Shown here: positions 8,472 to 17,296 of the stretch, piece by piece
Numbering within the stretch: the first letter of the stretch is position 1
Layout of the letters: each line of letters starts with the position of its first letter
Assembly: GCA_043810285.1 (NCBI GenBank)
Contig: JBDROH010000022.1
Coordinates: forward strand, 8,484 to 72,483
DNA length: 64,000 nt
Direction: 5' to 3'
Source of the DNA: an archaeon
Lineage (GTDB): Archaea; Nanobdellota; Nanobdellia; Pacearchaeales; GW2011-AR1
Made by a program: the position numbers and the translations under genes
The notes under the pieces: generated by a model
Databases searched by the model: none
Told to the model about the DNA's origin: nothing
The model's input: only the letters and a program-made list of their open reading frames with translations

Positions 8472-9875
8472 TTATTTATGCTTTCCAAATATCTCTCTAA
8501 CATAAACGAACAAAACATCCATATTCATAGCCCACCGAAGAATAGTGCCCCTAAAAAACCCATATTTCTTTTCTTTAACAGGCTGAGAATAATCAAAAGT
8601 TTTATACCCAAATCCCCCAAAATATTTCTTAACATAACAATTTAATCCTGCTTCAACACGATATTTATATTTAAAATACTTAGGAAGAGTCTCCCAAACA
8701 ATTCTTCTCATTGCTCTTTCTCCAGAATTCAAAGCAATGAGACGAATCGTTTTTTGCATAAAATTACTCCTTAATCCAATAAACATATTGAAATCACCTC
8801 TTTTAACTGGTTCAATTATCCCTTTAATTATCTCTAAATTTAATCCTATCAGATCAGCATCACAAAAGAAAATAATATCTGCATCAGTTGAAAACACCCC
8901 TCTTTCCATCGATTCCGCCTTTCCAAGATTTTTCTCATTTTTAAAATATCTAACCTTTGGAAATTTTCTTACTATCTCATATGTATTATCCCTTGATCCA
9001 TCGTCAACAACAACAATTTCATCTATGGACTTGGATTTACTAATGACTTTTAGAACACTCCTTATTCTCTTGGACTCATTAAAAGAAGGTATTATTGCAG
9101 CAACCTTATTTTCATCTTTTTTCCCAAAAAGATTATTCTTTTCAATGAAATCTCCTATCACTCCACAGATTTCATCATCGTATTCTGAAAAAAACAAATT
9201 ATGAACTTTTGTATTAAAAATTTTCTGTTGTTTAACAAAAGATTTTACCTTTTTATTTATATCTCTTATAGAAGCATAATGACCAATTGGATCCAAATAT
9301 GAATGAATTGAAAGAATGGGACAATTTATATTTTCAAATTTTTCTCTCAATTTTTGAGCAGCTTGTTTTGAGATAAAAAATCCATTTACATGCATAAAGT
9401 CATAACTAAAAGCATTTTTTCTCTTTTCTTTTTCATTTTCACATCGATTTTTCCCCCAATATTTTTTATACTTTCTTAAAACCCCTATTCCCCACACATT
9501 AAAAGGAAATTTAAAAAGATAAGGTGGACAAACATCAAAGACACCAAGTATTGGATATTCTGAAGAAAAAGTTAATGCGAGCATAGCACCAAAACTAATC
9601 CCTCCAAGGATTATTCTTCTCCCTTTTCTAATGTCTTTTTCTAATTCTCTTTTAATTTGTTTAAAAAAATCTTCATATTCAAGATTATCTAGATCTTTTA
9701 CATTAGTTCCATGGCCACGTAAAAGAATAATTTTCACATTAGCATTAAATTTTTTATTCAAATAAGCTGGTAAATTGTTGAAATCTGTTGGGCTTCCAGT
9801 ATAGCCATGAATAAGAAAGAACTCCCGATTCGAATTAGCCTTCAATTCTATTGTTTTTACTTTTTCTTCAACCAT
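8472..9875 (-). CDS. Fusion protein: N-terminal alpha/beta-hydrolase (esterase/lipase GxSxG) and C-terminal family-2 glycosyltransferase
   Basis: N-terminal HGYTGSPTDF and GGISFGAMLAL (GxSxG). C-terminal AAIIPSFNESKRIRSV...VVVDDGSRDNT (GT2 DxD region). Confidence 0.65.
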   Translation of the reverse strand: MVEEKVKTIELKANSNREFFLIHGYTGSPTDFNNLPAYLNKKFNANVKIILLRGHGTNVKDLDNLEYEDFFKQIKRELEKDIRKGRRIILGGISFGAMLALTFSSEYPILGVFDVCPPYLFKFPFNVWGIGVLRKYKKYWGKNRCENEKEKRKNAFSYDFMHVNGFFISKQAAQKLREKFENINCPILSIHSYLDPIGHYASIRDINKKVKSFVKQQKIFNTKVHNLFFSEYDDEICGVIGDFIEKNNLFGKKDENKVAAIIPSFNESKRIRSVLKVISKSKSIDEIVVVDDGSRDNTYEIVRKFPKVRYFKNEKNLGKAESMERGVFSTDADIIFFCDADLIGLNLEIIKGIIEPVKRGDFNMFIGLRSNFMQKTIRLIALNSGERAMRRIVWETLPKYFKYKYRVEAGLNCYVKKYFGGFGYKTFDYSQPVKEKKYGFFRGTILRWAMNMDVLFVYVREIFGKHK

Positions 9876-9897
9876 TTTTTAGTAATCCAATACTTAA

Positions 9898-9975
9898 TGA
9901 AACTATCCAAAGGTTTTTCATATTCTAATCAAGGATGAAACTTATTTAAACTAAACGCCCCAACCACTGTTTACT
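9898..9975 (-). promoter_or_regulatory. Copy B of the duplicated promoter/leader module. It encodes a 17-aa truncated MKNLWIVSLSIGLLKNG upstream ORF that overlaps the start of the GT2 fusion gene
   Basis: About 70 of 75 nt identical to 4738-4812, including the TTTAAATA box. The TGA of the upstream ORF overlaps ATGGTTGAAG of the downstream gene. It ends in the att-core fragment CGCCCCAACC. Confidence 0.5.
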
Positions 9976-10037
9976 TCTAGTAGTGTTTGTTTACACCAAT
10001 TATATAAGATAAGTAAAATTCTTACTAATAATCAATT

Positions 10038-10361
10038 TTAATGTTGCATTGCAAGAATATTTTCTATTTCTTCTAGAGTATTATTTGTCGTTCTTAAAAG
10101 ATATTTAAATGCTTTAATATATTTTTCTTTCCCAGAAGTTTTAATAGCAACTTTCCTTTCTTCTTCATTATCAAAAGCAGAATTAATATATTCTTCATCT
10201 TTTAATACAATACCAAAATAAATTGGGTTCATTCCAAAAAATGTTCTCCATCTATTGTTTAACATGCATACATCACCAGGCTTACTACCTCTCTTAAATT
10301 TACTAAAATTCTTAATCTCTCTTTGTAGCGCCTCTTTGATAAACTTGTCCTGATTTTTCAT
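10038..10361 (-). CDS. Hypothetical protein, 107 aa, co-oriented immediately downstream of the NYN gene
   Basis: Clean ORF with no recognisable motif. Lies 60 bp downstream of the NYN gene on the same strand. Confidence 0.4.
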   Translation of the reverse strand: MKNQDKFIKEALQREIKNFSKFKRGSKPGDVCMLNNRWRTFFGMNPIYFGIVLKDEEYINSAFDNEEERKVAIKTSGKEKYIKAFKYLLRTTNNTLEEIENILAMQH

Positions 10362-10421
10362 ATTGATAATTATATTTAGTAAAGGATGTCTGAGTTTTTA
10401 TAGTTTTAGAATAATTTGAGA

Positions 10422-10958
10422 TTAGGATAATTTAATTTCTTCAATAAATTTTTCGTCTATTTTTATTGTTTTATAAGCTACTTTCTTTAGATGATAGGAT
10501 ATTGTTTTGCTGTTTCCTATTGCTACGTAGTTTATTTTTTTCGAAAATCTTTCTTGTGCTGCTTTAACTGCTCCTGAAAAATCTCCATCATTTGATATAA
10601 GAAATGCTTCGTCAAATTCGTTTGCTTGTGCGTCTAAAACTAAATCTAGTGCTAGGTTGACATCTGTCGCTTTTTCAACAAAGTATTCTTCTCCATCCTT
10701 TTTCCGTTTTTCTAATCTTCCAAAGATTATTTTTAGATTTTTGATTTCTCTAAATTTATCAAAAAAACTTTGTTGTTTTGCGTACATTTTAGAATTTTGA
10801 GTTTGGTCTACAGGTGCAATGTAATAATTTATTTTTACTAAATCATTTTTATTAGTAAGTTTTTTACAGAATTCTCCCATATCTATTTTACAATTAAATC
10901 TTTTCTTTATCGAAAAATAGAAATTGCTTCCATCAATGTAGACAATAGATTTTTTCAT
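10422..10958 (-). CDS. NYN-domain (PIN-like) predicted RNase
   Basis: N-terminal VYIDGSNFYF and later LISNDGDFSGAV are the two acidic-residue motifs typical of NYN/LabA-like nucleases. Confidence 0.6.
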   Translation of the reverse strand: MKKSIVYIDGSNFYFSIKKRFNCKIDMGEFCKKLTNKNDLVKINYYIAPVDQTQNSKMYAKQQSFFDKFREIKNLKIIFGRLEKRKKDGEEYFVEKATDVNLALDLVLDAQANEFDEAFLISNDGDFSGAVKAAQERFSKKINYVAIGNSKTISYHLKKVAYKTIKIDEKFIEEIKLS

Positions 10959-11119
10959 ATAATTAAAAAAATCATGGGGTCCGTGAAGATCCCATGGAGT
11001 TTATTGGAGTTAGATATAGTTTAATGTTTAAAAATGTTATGGTTGTGTATTTTTGTGTATTTTCTCGTTGGTAAATCTAAAAATTATGCGTTTTGTCGAC
11101 GTTGTTTTTATTTTTTACG

Positions 11120-11240
11120 ACCCGCCCCAACCGTCCACGACCCAAGTCGAGCATCCTTACGGGATGTCTTGTCATTTGCTTTATACTTGTTGATGGATTT
11201 TATTTAAAAATGTTGTCGACGACTTTGGGGTGACGAATTG
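11120..11240. repeat. Copy 3 of the conserved intergenic element, with the best-preserved tRNA-Asp 3'-end core CGCCCCAACCG
   Basis: CCGCCCCAACCGTCCACGACCCAAGTCGAGCATCCTTACGGGATGTCTTGTCATTTGCTTTATAC...TTGTCGACGACTTTGGGGTGAC. Confidence 0.6.
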
Positions 11241-11311
11241 ATTATTTACAATAGAAAGAAGCTTCTATTGGGAATAGAAACATTTATAAAATATAATCTT
11301 CTGAAATAGAC

Positions 11312-12526
11312 ATGATAACAAAGGAAGTTTTAATGAAAGTAATAAAAATACAAAGAGAGTGGATTAATACAATTGATAAGGGGATAATTAGGGAAAATTT
11401 CCATAACATAAAATTAAAAGAATCTTTCGCGTTGGTTATTTCGGGGATTAGAAGGTGTGGTAAAAGTACTCTTTTGAACCAAATTCTGAAAGGGCAGAAA
11501 AATTTTTATTATTTAAATCTTGAAGATCCTCGACTAGAGGGATTTGAGTTAAAAGATTTTAATAAAGTTGATGAAATTTTTCAAGAGTTATATGGTCCTA
11601 ACGGAACTTATTTCTTTGATGAGATTCAAAATATTGAAAAATGGGAGAAATTTATTAGATTTTTAGTAGACAGAAAAAACGAGATAGTAATAACGGGCTC
11701 AAATGCTTCCTTGTTAAGTCAAGAACTTGGGACAAGACTTACAGGAAGACATATCAGTTACGAATTATTCCCATTTTCATACTTAGAGTTTTTAGAGTTC
11801 TTTAAGCAAAAACCAAATGAAAAATCTTATTCAGAATATCTCTATGAAGGGGGTTTTCCAGAATATTTGAGGGAAAAGGATATGACTGTTTTGCATGAAT
11901 TATTAAAAGATGTTTTAATGAGGGATATTGCAAATAGATTCGGAATTAAGAATACGGAAACATTGAGAAAATTGGCTATCTATTTACTGAGTAATGTTGG
12001 AAAAGAATTTTCATACAATTCCCTTAAGAAAATGTTGGAAGTTAAATCTGTCCAGAGTATCATAGACTATGTTTCTTTTTTGGAGAATGCTTATCTGATT
12101 TTTACAATACCTAAATTCAGTTATTCTTATAAAAAACAACAAGTTAATCCCAAAAAAGTTTATTCAATAGATAACGGATTATCCTATGCTAACTCGGTTT
12201 CTTTTTCAAAAGATAAAGGTAAGATGTTAGAGAATAATGTTTTTTTGAATTTAAGAAAAAGGTATAAAGAAATATTCTATTTCCAAAAAGATAAAGAGTG
12301 TGATTTTGTGGTTAAGGACAGAGAAAAAGTCCTCCTCGCAATCCAAGTTTGTTATGAATTTAATGATGAAAATCAAGATAGAGAAATAAATGGATTACTT
12401 GAAGCTTTGAATGAATTAAAGCTTAAGACTGGATTAATTTTGACGTATAATCAAGAAGATGAATTTGAAATCGATGGGAAGAAAATAATTCTTAAGCCAG
12501 TTTGGAAGTGGTTGATGGAAGAGTAA
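11312..12526 (+). CDS. AAA+ ATPase of the archaeal AAA_14/DUF4143 type (COG1373-like)
   Basis: Walker A GIRRCGKSTLLNQIL, Walker B-like YFFDEIQNI, and a family-typical length of about 400 aa. Confidence 0.7.
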   Translation: MITKEVLMKVIKIQREWINTIDKGIIRENFHNIKLKESFALVISGIRRCGKSTLLNQILKGQKNFYYLNLEDPRLEGFELKDFNKVDEIFQELYGPNGTYFFDEIQNIEKWEKFIRFLVDRKNEIVITGSNASLLSQELGTRLTGRHISYELFPFSYLEFLEFFKQKPNEKSYSEYLYEGGFPEYLREKDMTVLHELLKDVLMRDIANRFGIKNTETLRKLAIYLLSNVGKEFSYNSLKKMLEVKSVQSIIDYVSFLENAYLIFTIPKFSYSYKKQQVNPKKVYSIDNGLSYANSVSFSKDKGKMLENNVFLNLRKRYKEIFYFQKDKECDFVVKDREKVLLAIQVCYEFNDENQDREINGLLEALNELKLKTGLILTYNQEDEFEIDGKKIILKPVWKWLMEE

Positions 12527-12643
12527 TCGTTTAATGCCTGGGATGAATTGCAGCAACTTGCCGGAAAACTTCTAAATAAAGATTTCAAAAAACATACCAA
12601 TAAGGTAAGAAAATTAGTTCTTTTTAAAAGTAATTAATATGGT

Positions 12644-13774
12644 ATGGAAAAAAGAGATCCATACAAACATAAAGAAAGATACTTCAGATGGTTAAAAGAA
12701 AATGCAAATGGGATAGGGGGGATTTCTTTAAGAAATTCTTCTTTAATCTTGGCTTATTTGTACGATATGCAAGAAGGATTAAATGTTTCAGTAAAATCAA
12801 AAAAAGGTCCAAGAAGTTATACAAGACTAAACAACATAATCCAAAGAATGGTTTTCTTGGCGAAGAAATTTGAAGAAATTTACAGATTAGAAGATATGTC
12901 TCAAATAGATGAAAACATTCTGCATAATTATTTCAATGGAGTAAAAGATGGGACTATCAGAAGATTTGATGGAGAAATATACAGGGACCCTGCAAATCTG
13001 GTAAAGATTTTCAAAGCTTTTTGGCACTGGTGGCAAAAAGTTAACAGAAAGGAAGGAAATGGAATAAAAGACATTACAATAGACTTAGATGCCACTTGTG
13101 ATAAGCCTAAATGGGTTTATATGACCGAAGAACAAATCGCCAAACTTTGTCAAAAAGCTTCTTTTGACTATAATGTCTTGATAACTTTTCTTTATGACTC
13201 TGGAATAAGGGCCCCAACAGAACTTTTAAACATAAGAATCTCGGACTTTCAAAACGAGTTCAGGGAACTGACTATAAGGGAAGAAGTAAGCAAGACTTTT
13301 GGAAGGAGAATCAAATTAATGTTCTCTTCTGAATTAATAAAAAAATATGTGGACAAAAAAGGGCTTTCAAAAGAAGACTATCTTTTCTCATTAAGTCCTT
13401 ATACAATAAATTCTAATCTTCAAAAACTGGTAAAAAAAGTTTTGGGGACAGAAGTAAGTCCTGCAGGACAAAAATACTCTGAACTCACCATGTATGATTT
13501 CCGACATTGCTCATGTTGTTACTGGCTACCAAAATATAAATCTGAATCAGGTCTAAAATATCGTTTTGGTTGGAAAAAGTCAGAAAGGATCCATTATTAT
13601 TCTGAGATGCTTGGGATGCAAGACACTATTTCTGAAGAAGATTTATTTGAAGATACTGGTGGGATGGTCTTCAAAAGAAAAGTGAATAAGATTTACACAG
13701 ATAATAGGCTACAAGAATCTAGGTTAGACTTTCTTGAGAGAAAGATTCAAGAGTTAGGTAAGAAAGTAACTTGA
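12644..13774 (+). CDS. Tyrosine recombinase/integrase
   Basis: Box I-like LYDSGIRAPTELLNIRISDF and box II-like MYDFRHCSCCYW (H-x-x-R) followed by Tyr residues. The gene ends 140 bp from the 3' end of the tRNA-Asp gene. Confidence 0.7.
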   Translation: MEKRDPYKHKERYFRWLKENANGIGGISLRNSSLILAYLYDMQEGLNVSVKSKKGPRSYTRLNNIIQRMVFLAKKFEEIYRLEDMSQIDENILHNYFNGVKDGTIRRFDGEIYRDPANLVKIFKAFWHWWQKVNRKEGNGIKDITIDLDATCDKPKWVYMTEEQIAKLCQKASFDYNVLITFLYDSGIRAPTELLNIRISDFQNEFRELTIREEVSKTFGRRIKLMFSSELIKKYVDKKGLSKEDYLFSLSPYTINSNLQKLVKKVLGTEVSPAGQKYSELTMYDFRHCSCCYWLPKYKSESGLKYRFGWKKSERIHYYSEMLGMQDTISEEDLFEDTGGMVFKRKVNKIYTDNRLQESRLDFLERKIQELGKKVT

Positions 13775-13913
13775 GTCCTCCAAAAAATACTTCAATGCCC
13801 CGTCAAAAATCTCGACGCTCCGAACGGACAAAGACTTGAGTTCTCAAGAGAAGTAAATGTATTCGTCGTCGACAAAAACTATAAAACTTCAATCCACCGT
13901 CGGTAAAAACCCA

Positions 13914-13985
13914 CGCCCCAACCGGGGATTGAACCCGGATCTCGACCGCGACAGGGTCGTGTACTAACCACTATACTATTGAGGC
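13914..13985 (-). tRNA. tRNA-Asp (GTC)
   Basis: Cloverleaf read by hand. Acceptor GCCTCAA/TTGGGGC, D arm GTAT-AGTGGTTA-GTAC, anticodon stem CGACC/GGTCG with loop CTGTCGC (anticodon GTC), T arm CCGGG-TTCAATC-CCCGG. 72 nt. Confidence 0.85.
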
Positions 13986-14034
13986 TTGTAATTTAATTGA
14001 AGAATTGATTTAAAAGACTTACTATTTTTTCTTT

Positions 14035-14988
14035 GTTGTGCAAGCAAGTGACATATGTCACCCCCTAAAACAATAGCTCAAAATCATTATAAATTTCATC
14101 TGGCGTTTTATTATCCAAGCTCATATGTGGTCTAAAATGATTATAGTTCATTCTCCAGAGCTCAACATCTTCATTGCAAAACTTAAACTCTCTTTTGAAA
14201 GTTTGAAACAATCTCTCAACTTTTCCTTGCGTTGTTGGGCTATGAACTGTTCCTCTAATGTGTTCTATTCCCCTCTTTCTACATCTTCTGTCAAATCTTG
14301 AATGTCTGCTTTTCAAACCATAAGCTGAACCATTATCAGTTAGAATTTGTTTTGGCTTGCCATAAATTTTAATTAACTTATCGATTAAATTTATCACAAT
14401 ATCCGTCGTAACAACGTTAGTTACAGCAAAAGCTAAACTTTTTCTTGAGCAATCATCGACGACAGAAACTACCCACTTATCTTTAATTTTTTGTTGGCTA
14501 TGATCAATCTGCCAAAGAGAATTAGGACGTTTTCTTTGAAAACGAATATATTTTATTCTTTTCTTTTTTCTTTTAGTTGGTTCAGTTAGTTTGTGTTTGT
14601 TTAGAATTTTATTAATAGATGTATGGCTTAAGTTTACAAAGTTTTCAATTTTTTCAGCCCCAAAACCAGTTTTCTCTCTTATAGAAATAATCTTATTTTC
14701 TATCTCTTTAGTTATTTTTCTATGAATCATTTTAGGACGTCTGGACTTATCATTCAAATCCCAATTATCATTTGTATCTAATTCGTGTACCCATCTTTTC
14801 AAAGTTCGATTAGTTATTTCGAATTTATGTTTTACAAAAAGTATTTTTCTACATTGGTTATATGAATGTCCCTCCATTTTTAGTTTAAAAAATATCTTTC
14901 TGATTTCTTCTTTTTTCATAAAAAGAATCAAAAAACACTGCGGAACTAATTTTCGGTGCTAGTGACATATGTCACTGGATTGCACACT
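14035..14988. mobile_element. Insertion sequence of about 950 bp with 18-19 bp imperfect terminal inverted repeats and a palindromic core AGTGACATATGTCAC at both ends
   Basis: Left TGTGCAAGCAAGTGACATATGTCAC (14035-14061) and right AGTGACATATGTCACTGGATTGCACA (14962-14988) flank a single transposase ORF. Confidence 0.75.
14065..14931 (-). CDS. DDE transposase with integrase core (rve) domain and N-terminal HTH, IS481/IS3-like
   Basis: WQIDHSQQKIKDKWVVSVVDDCSRKSLAFAVT....ILTDNGSAYG shows the D..D..E core pattern. An N-terminal helix-turn-helix region is present. Confidence 0.8.
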   Translation of the reverse strand: MILFMKKEEIRKIFFKLKMEGHSYNQCRKILFVKHKFEITNRTLKRWVHELDTNDNWDLNDKSRRPKMIHRKITKEIENKIISIREKTGFGAEKIENFVNLSHTSINKILNKHKLTEPTKRKKKRIKYIRFQRKRPNSLWQIDHSQQKIKDKWVVSVVDDCSRKSLAFAVTNVVTTDIVINLIDKLIKIYGKPKQILTDNGSAYGLKSRHSRFDRRCRKRGIEHIRGTVHSPTTQGKVERLFQTFKREFKFCNEDVELWRMNYNHFRPHMSLDNKTPDEIYNDFELLF

Positions 14989-15208
14989 ATTTTTTCTTTG
15001 TTTTCTTTTTTGTCTTATTTTCTGAAATCTTTGCAACTTCTACTCGGAGTTTTTCAATTTCTTCTAAGAGTGTTGCGTGATTTAGACTAAGGTGTTGTAT
15101 TTTCTCATGAATATCTGAAAAGGCATCGTTAAGCATTAACATATCTTTTTTCACATACCCGAAACTCGCAGAGATATCTTTTTCAATTTGTTTAATTGAT
15201 TTTTCCAT
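14987..15208 (-). CDS. Small coiled-coil protein (hypothetical)
   Basis: 73-aa ORF with heptad pattern and a Lys-rich tail. Weak support. Confidence 0.25.
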   Translation of the reverse strand: MEKSIKQIEKDISASFGYVKKDMLMLNDAFSDIHEKIQHLSLNHATLLEEIEKLRVEVAKISENKTKKKTKKK

Positions 15209-15302
15209 AATATTCCATATATTTTATATTTATAAACTTTTGTAACTTTAAAATTGCGACAAAAAACGGGAATGATTAAAAAGAACTAATCTCTGTAACT
15301 TT

Positions 15303-15578
15303 ATGGATAATCTCTTACAACGTTTACCTTCAGTTCATTCTTGTAATACTGTTTTGGAAGAGAGAAAAATTCAGGTAGATGGGAGAATCTTAAATTTGAA
15401 TCCCTATCCAGTTGATTATTGTCCGAAATGTAATATCTACAAGTATAATGATATCGAATCTATGAATCCAAGATTTGTTGGAAGGTACATAACTCGGTTG
15501 CAAGAAGAAACAAATCAACTAACAAATAAATCTATGTTTAACATCAAATTTAGATCTAGTCCAAACAAAAAGCCTTAA
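15303..15578 (+). CDS. Hypothetical small protein with a CxxC pair
   Basis: 91-aa ORF upstream of the U32 gene containing YCPKCNIY. Confidence 0.3.
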   Translation: MDNLLQRLPSVHSCNTVLEERKIQVDGRILNLNPYPVDYCPKCNIYKYNDIESMNPRFVGRYITRLQEETNQLTNKSMFNIKFRSSPNKKP

Positions 15579-15602
15579 AATGTTATTTTTTGTTCTTATT
15601 TT

Positions 15603-16793
15603 ATGAAATCAGATTACGAACTCTTAGCCCCTGTTGGAGATTTTAAGAATTTACATGCGGCGGTAGTAGCGGGAGCTGATGCAGTATACTTTGGGATTAA
15701 AGGATTTAATATGCGGGCTAGCGCAAAGAATTTCAGCGTTAGGGACTTAAAAAGAATTCGACGGATTTGCAATGATTCCTCTAGAAAGCCTAAAATGTAT
15801 TTAACCTTGAACACAGTAGTTTATGACAGAGAATTGAAGAAACTTGAGAAAATTGTAAAAGCGGTTAAGGGGAAAGTTGATGCGATTATTTGTTGGGATA
15901 TGTTGGTGATTGTATTATGTAAAAAATATGGTGTTCCATTTCATGTTTCTACTCAAGCATCTATTTCTAATGTTTCTGCCGCTAAAATTTATAAGAATCT
16001 TGGAGCTAAAAGAATAGTTCTTGCTAGAGAATTGAATTTAGAGCAGATTAAAAAAATATCCAATGTGATTGATATTGAGTGTTTTTGTCATGGAGCAATG
16101 TGCGTCGCAATTTCAGGAAGATGTTTTACTTCGCAATTTGTTAAAAGGCTTTCGGCTAATCGTGGACAGTGTGTGCAACTTTGTCGACGAGCTTGGGAAA
16201 TTAAAGATGATGAAGGAAATAAGTTGGTTCTGAATAATAATCGGGTGATGTCCGCGAAGGATTTGTGTACATTGCCTTTTATCGAGAATATGAAGAAAGC
16301 CGGAATTAAATCATTTAAAATTGAAGGAAGAAATCGAAGTCCAGAATATGTTTATGCAGTAGTATCTGAATATAGAAATGCTTTAGATAATAATTTAAAT
16401 CGAACTGAGATTATTGAAGGGATTGCTCGGTTGAAGAAAGTTTACAATAGAGGATTCAGTTCCGGGTTCTATTTGAAAATGCCGACGGCAGATGACTTTT
16501 CGTTTAGTGAAAATGGAGAACAAGAAGAAAGGAAAGAGTTTGTTGGACGAGTTGAGAGGTATTGGCCAAAGGCTGGAGCAGCATCGGTTAAAATGTTTGC
16601 TGGTTGTTTGAATGTTGGCGATAATGTGTATTTAATTTCGAAAGATGCCCCAATTCAGAGAGTTGTTGTTAAGAGTATTGAATTCGAAAGCAAGGATGTC
16701 AAGGTCGCTAAAAAGGGTCAGGAAATTGGAGTTAATTTTGGTGTTGTAGTAAAACGTGGCGACGAGGTTTATGTTATTAGGTCTGCTTCTTAA
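15603..16793 (+). CDS. Peptidase U32 family protein
   Basis: N-terminal ELLAPVGDFKNLHAAVVAGADAVYFG and the CHGAMCVAISGRCFTS Cys motif are characteristic of U32. Confidence 0.8.
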   Translation: MKSDYELLAPVGDFKNLHAAVVAGADAVYFGIKGFNMRASAKNFSVRDLKRIRRICNDSSRKPKMYLTLNTVVYDRELKKLEKIVKAVKGKVDAIICWDMLVIVLCKKYGVPFHVSTQASISNVSAAKIYKNLGAKRIVLARELNLEQIKKISNVIDIECFCHGAMCVAISGRCFTSQFVKRLSANRGQCVQLCRRAWEIKDDEGNKLVLNNNRVMSAKDLCTLPFIENMKKAGIKSFKIEGRNRSPEYVYAVVSEYRNALDNNLNRTEIIEGIARLKKVYNRGFSSGFYLKMPTADDFSFSENGEQEERKEFVGRVERYWPKAGAASVKMFAGCLNVGDNVYLISKDAPIQRVVVKSIEFESKDVKVAKKGQEIGVNFGVVVKRGDEVYVIRSAS

Positions 16794-17295
16794 AACTTAA
16801 AATAGTTAAAAAAAGAATTATCCCTCCGAAAATAAACCCTCCAATGATATCAGTTAACCAATGAACTCTTAGATAAATTCTCGTAAAACCTACTAAAAAA
16901 ATTGTTAGAATAGCAATTAGTGAGGATATTAATTTTATTTTCTTTGATTTGTTTTTCGAGAATAGATAAACTATTAGTCCAAAGAAAACAACAGCCATTG
17001 TTGAATGTCCGCTCGGAAACGAGAAACCAATTTCTTGAACTATTTGATTTAATGGACGAGTTCTTTGGAAAATTTCCTTGGATACTTTTATTAATATGCC
17101 CGTTAAGAGTATTGCCGAGGTAAAAATGATTCCTTTTTTCTTAGATGATTTAACGTAGAGGTATATTGCAATAATTAGAGAAATTGCAATTAAAGTTATT
17201 GGATCAAAAATTAATGCTAAGACTTTAGAGAAAATTGTTAATTGGGAAGTTTGGATTGATTGCATAAATATATTTGTCACGGTGTCGATTAGCAT
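16777..17295 (-). CDS. PAP2-family phosphatase (membrane)
   Basis: Motifs KxxxxxxRP (RTRPLNQ), SFPSGHS and RVHWLTDIIGG, with multiple TM helices. Confidence 0.8.
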   Translation of the reverse strand: MLIDTVTNIFMQSIQTSQLTIFSKVLALIFDPITLIAISLIIAIYLYVKSSKKKGIIFTSAILLTGILIKVSKEIFQRTRPLNQIVQEIGFSFPSGHSTMAVVFFGLIVYLFSKNKSKKIKLISSLIAILTIFLVGFTRIYLRVHWLTDIIGGFIFGGIILFLTILSFKKQT

Positions 17296-17296
17296 C

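Noticed and set aside
12688-12873. 61-aa + ORF inside the integrase gene
   Set aside because: An alternative-frame ORF within the integrase CDS. It is Lys/Arg-rich and low-complexity.
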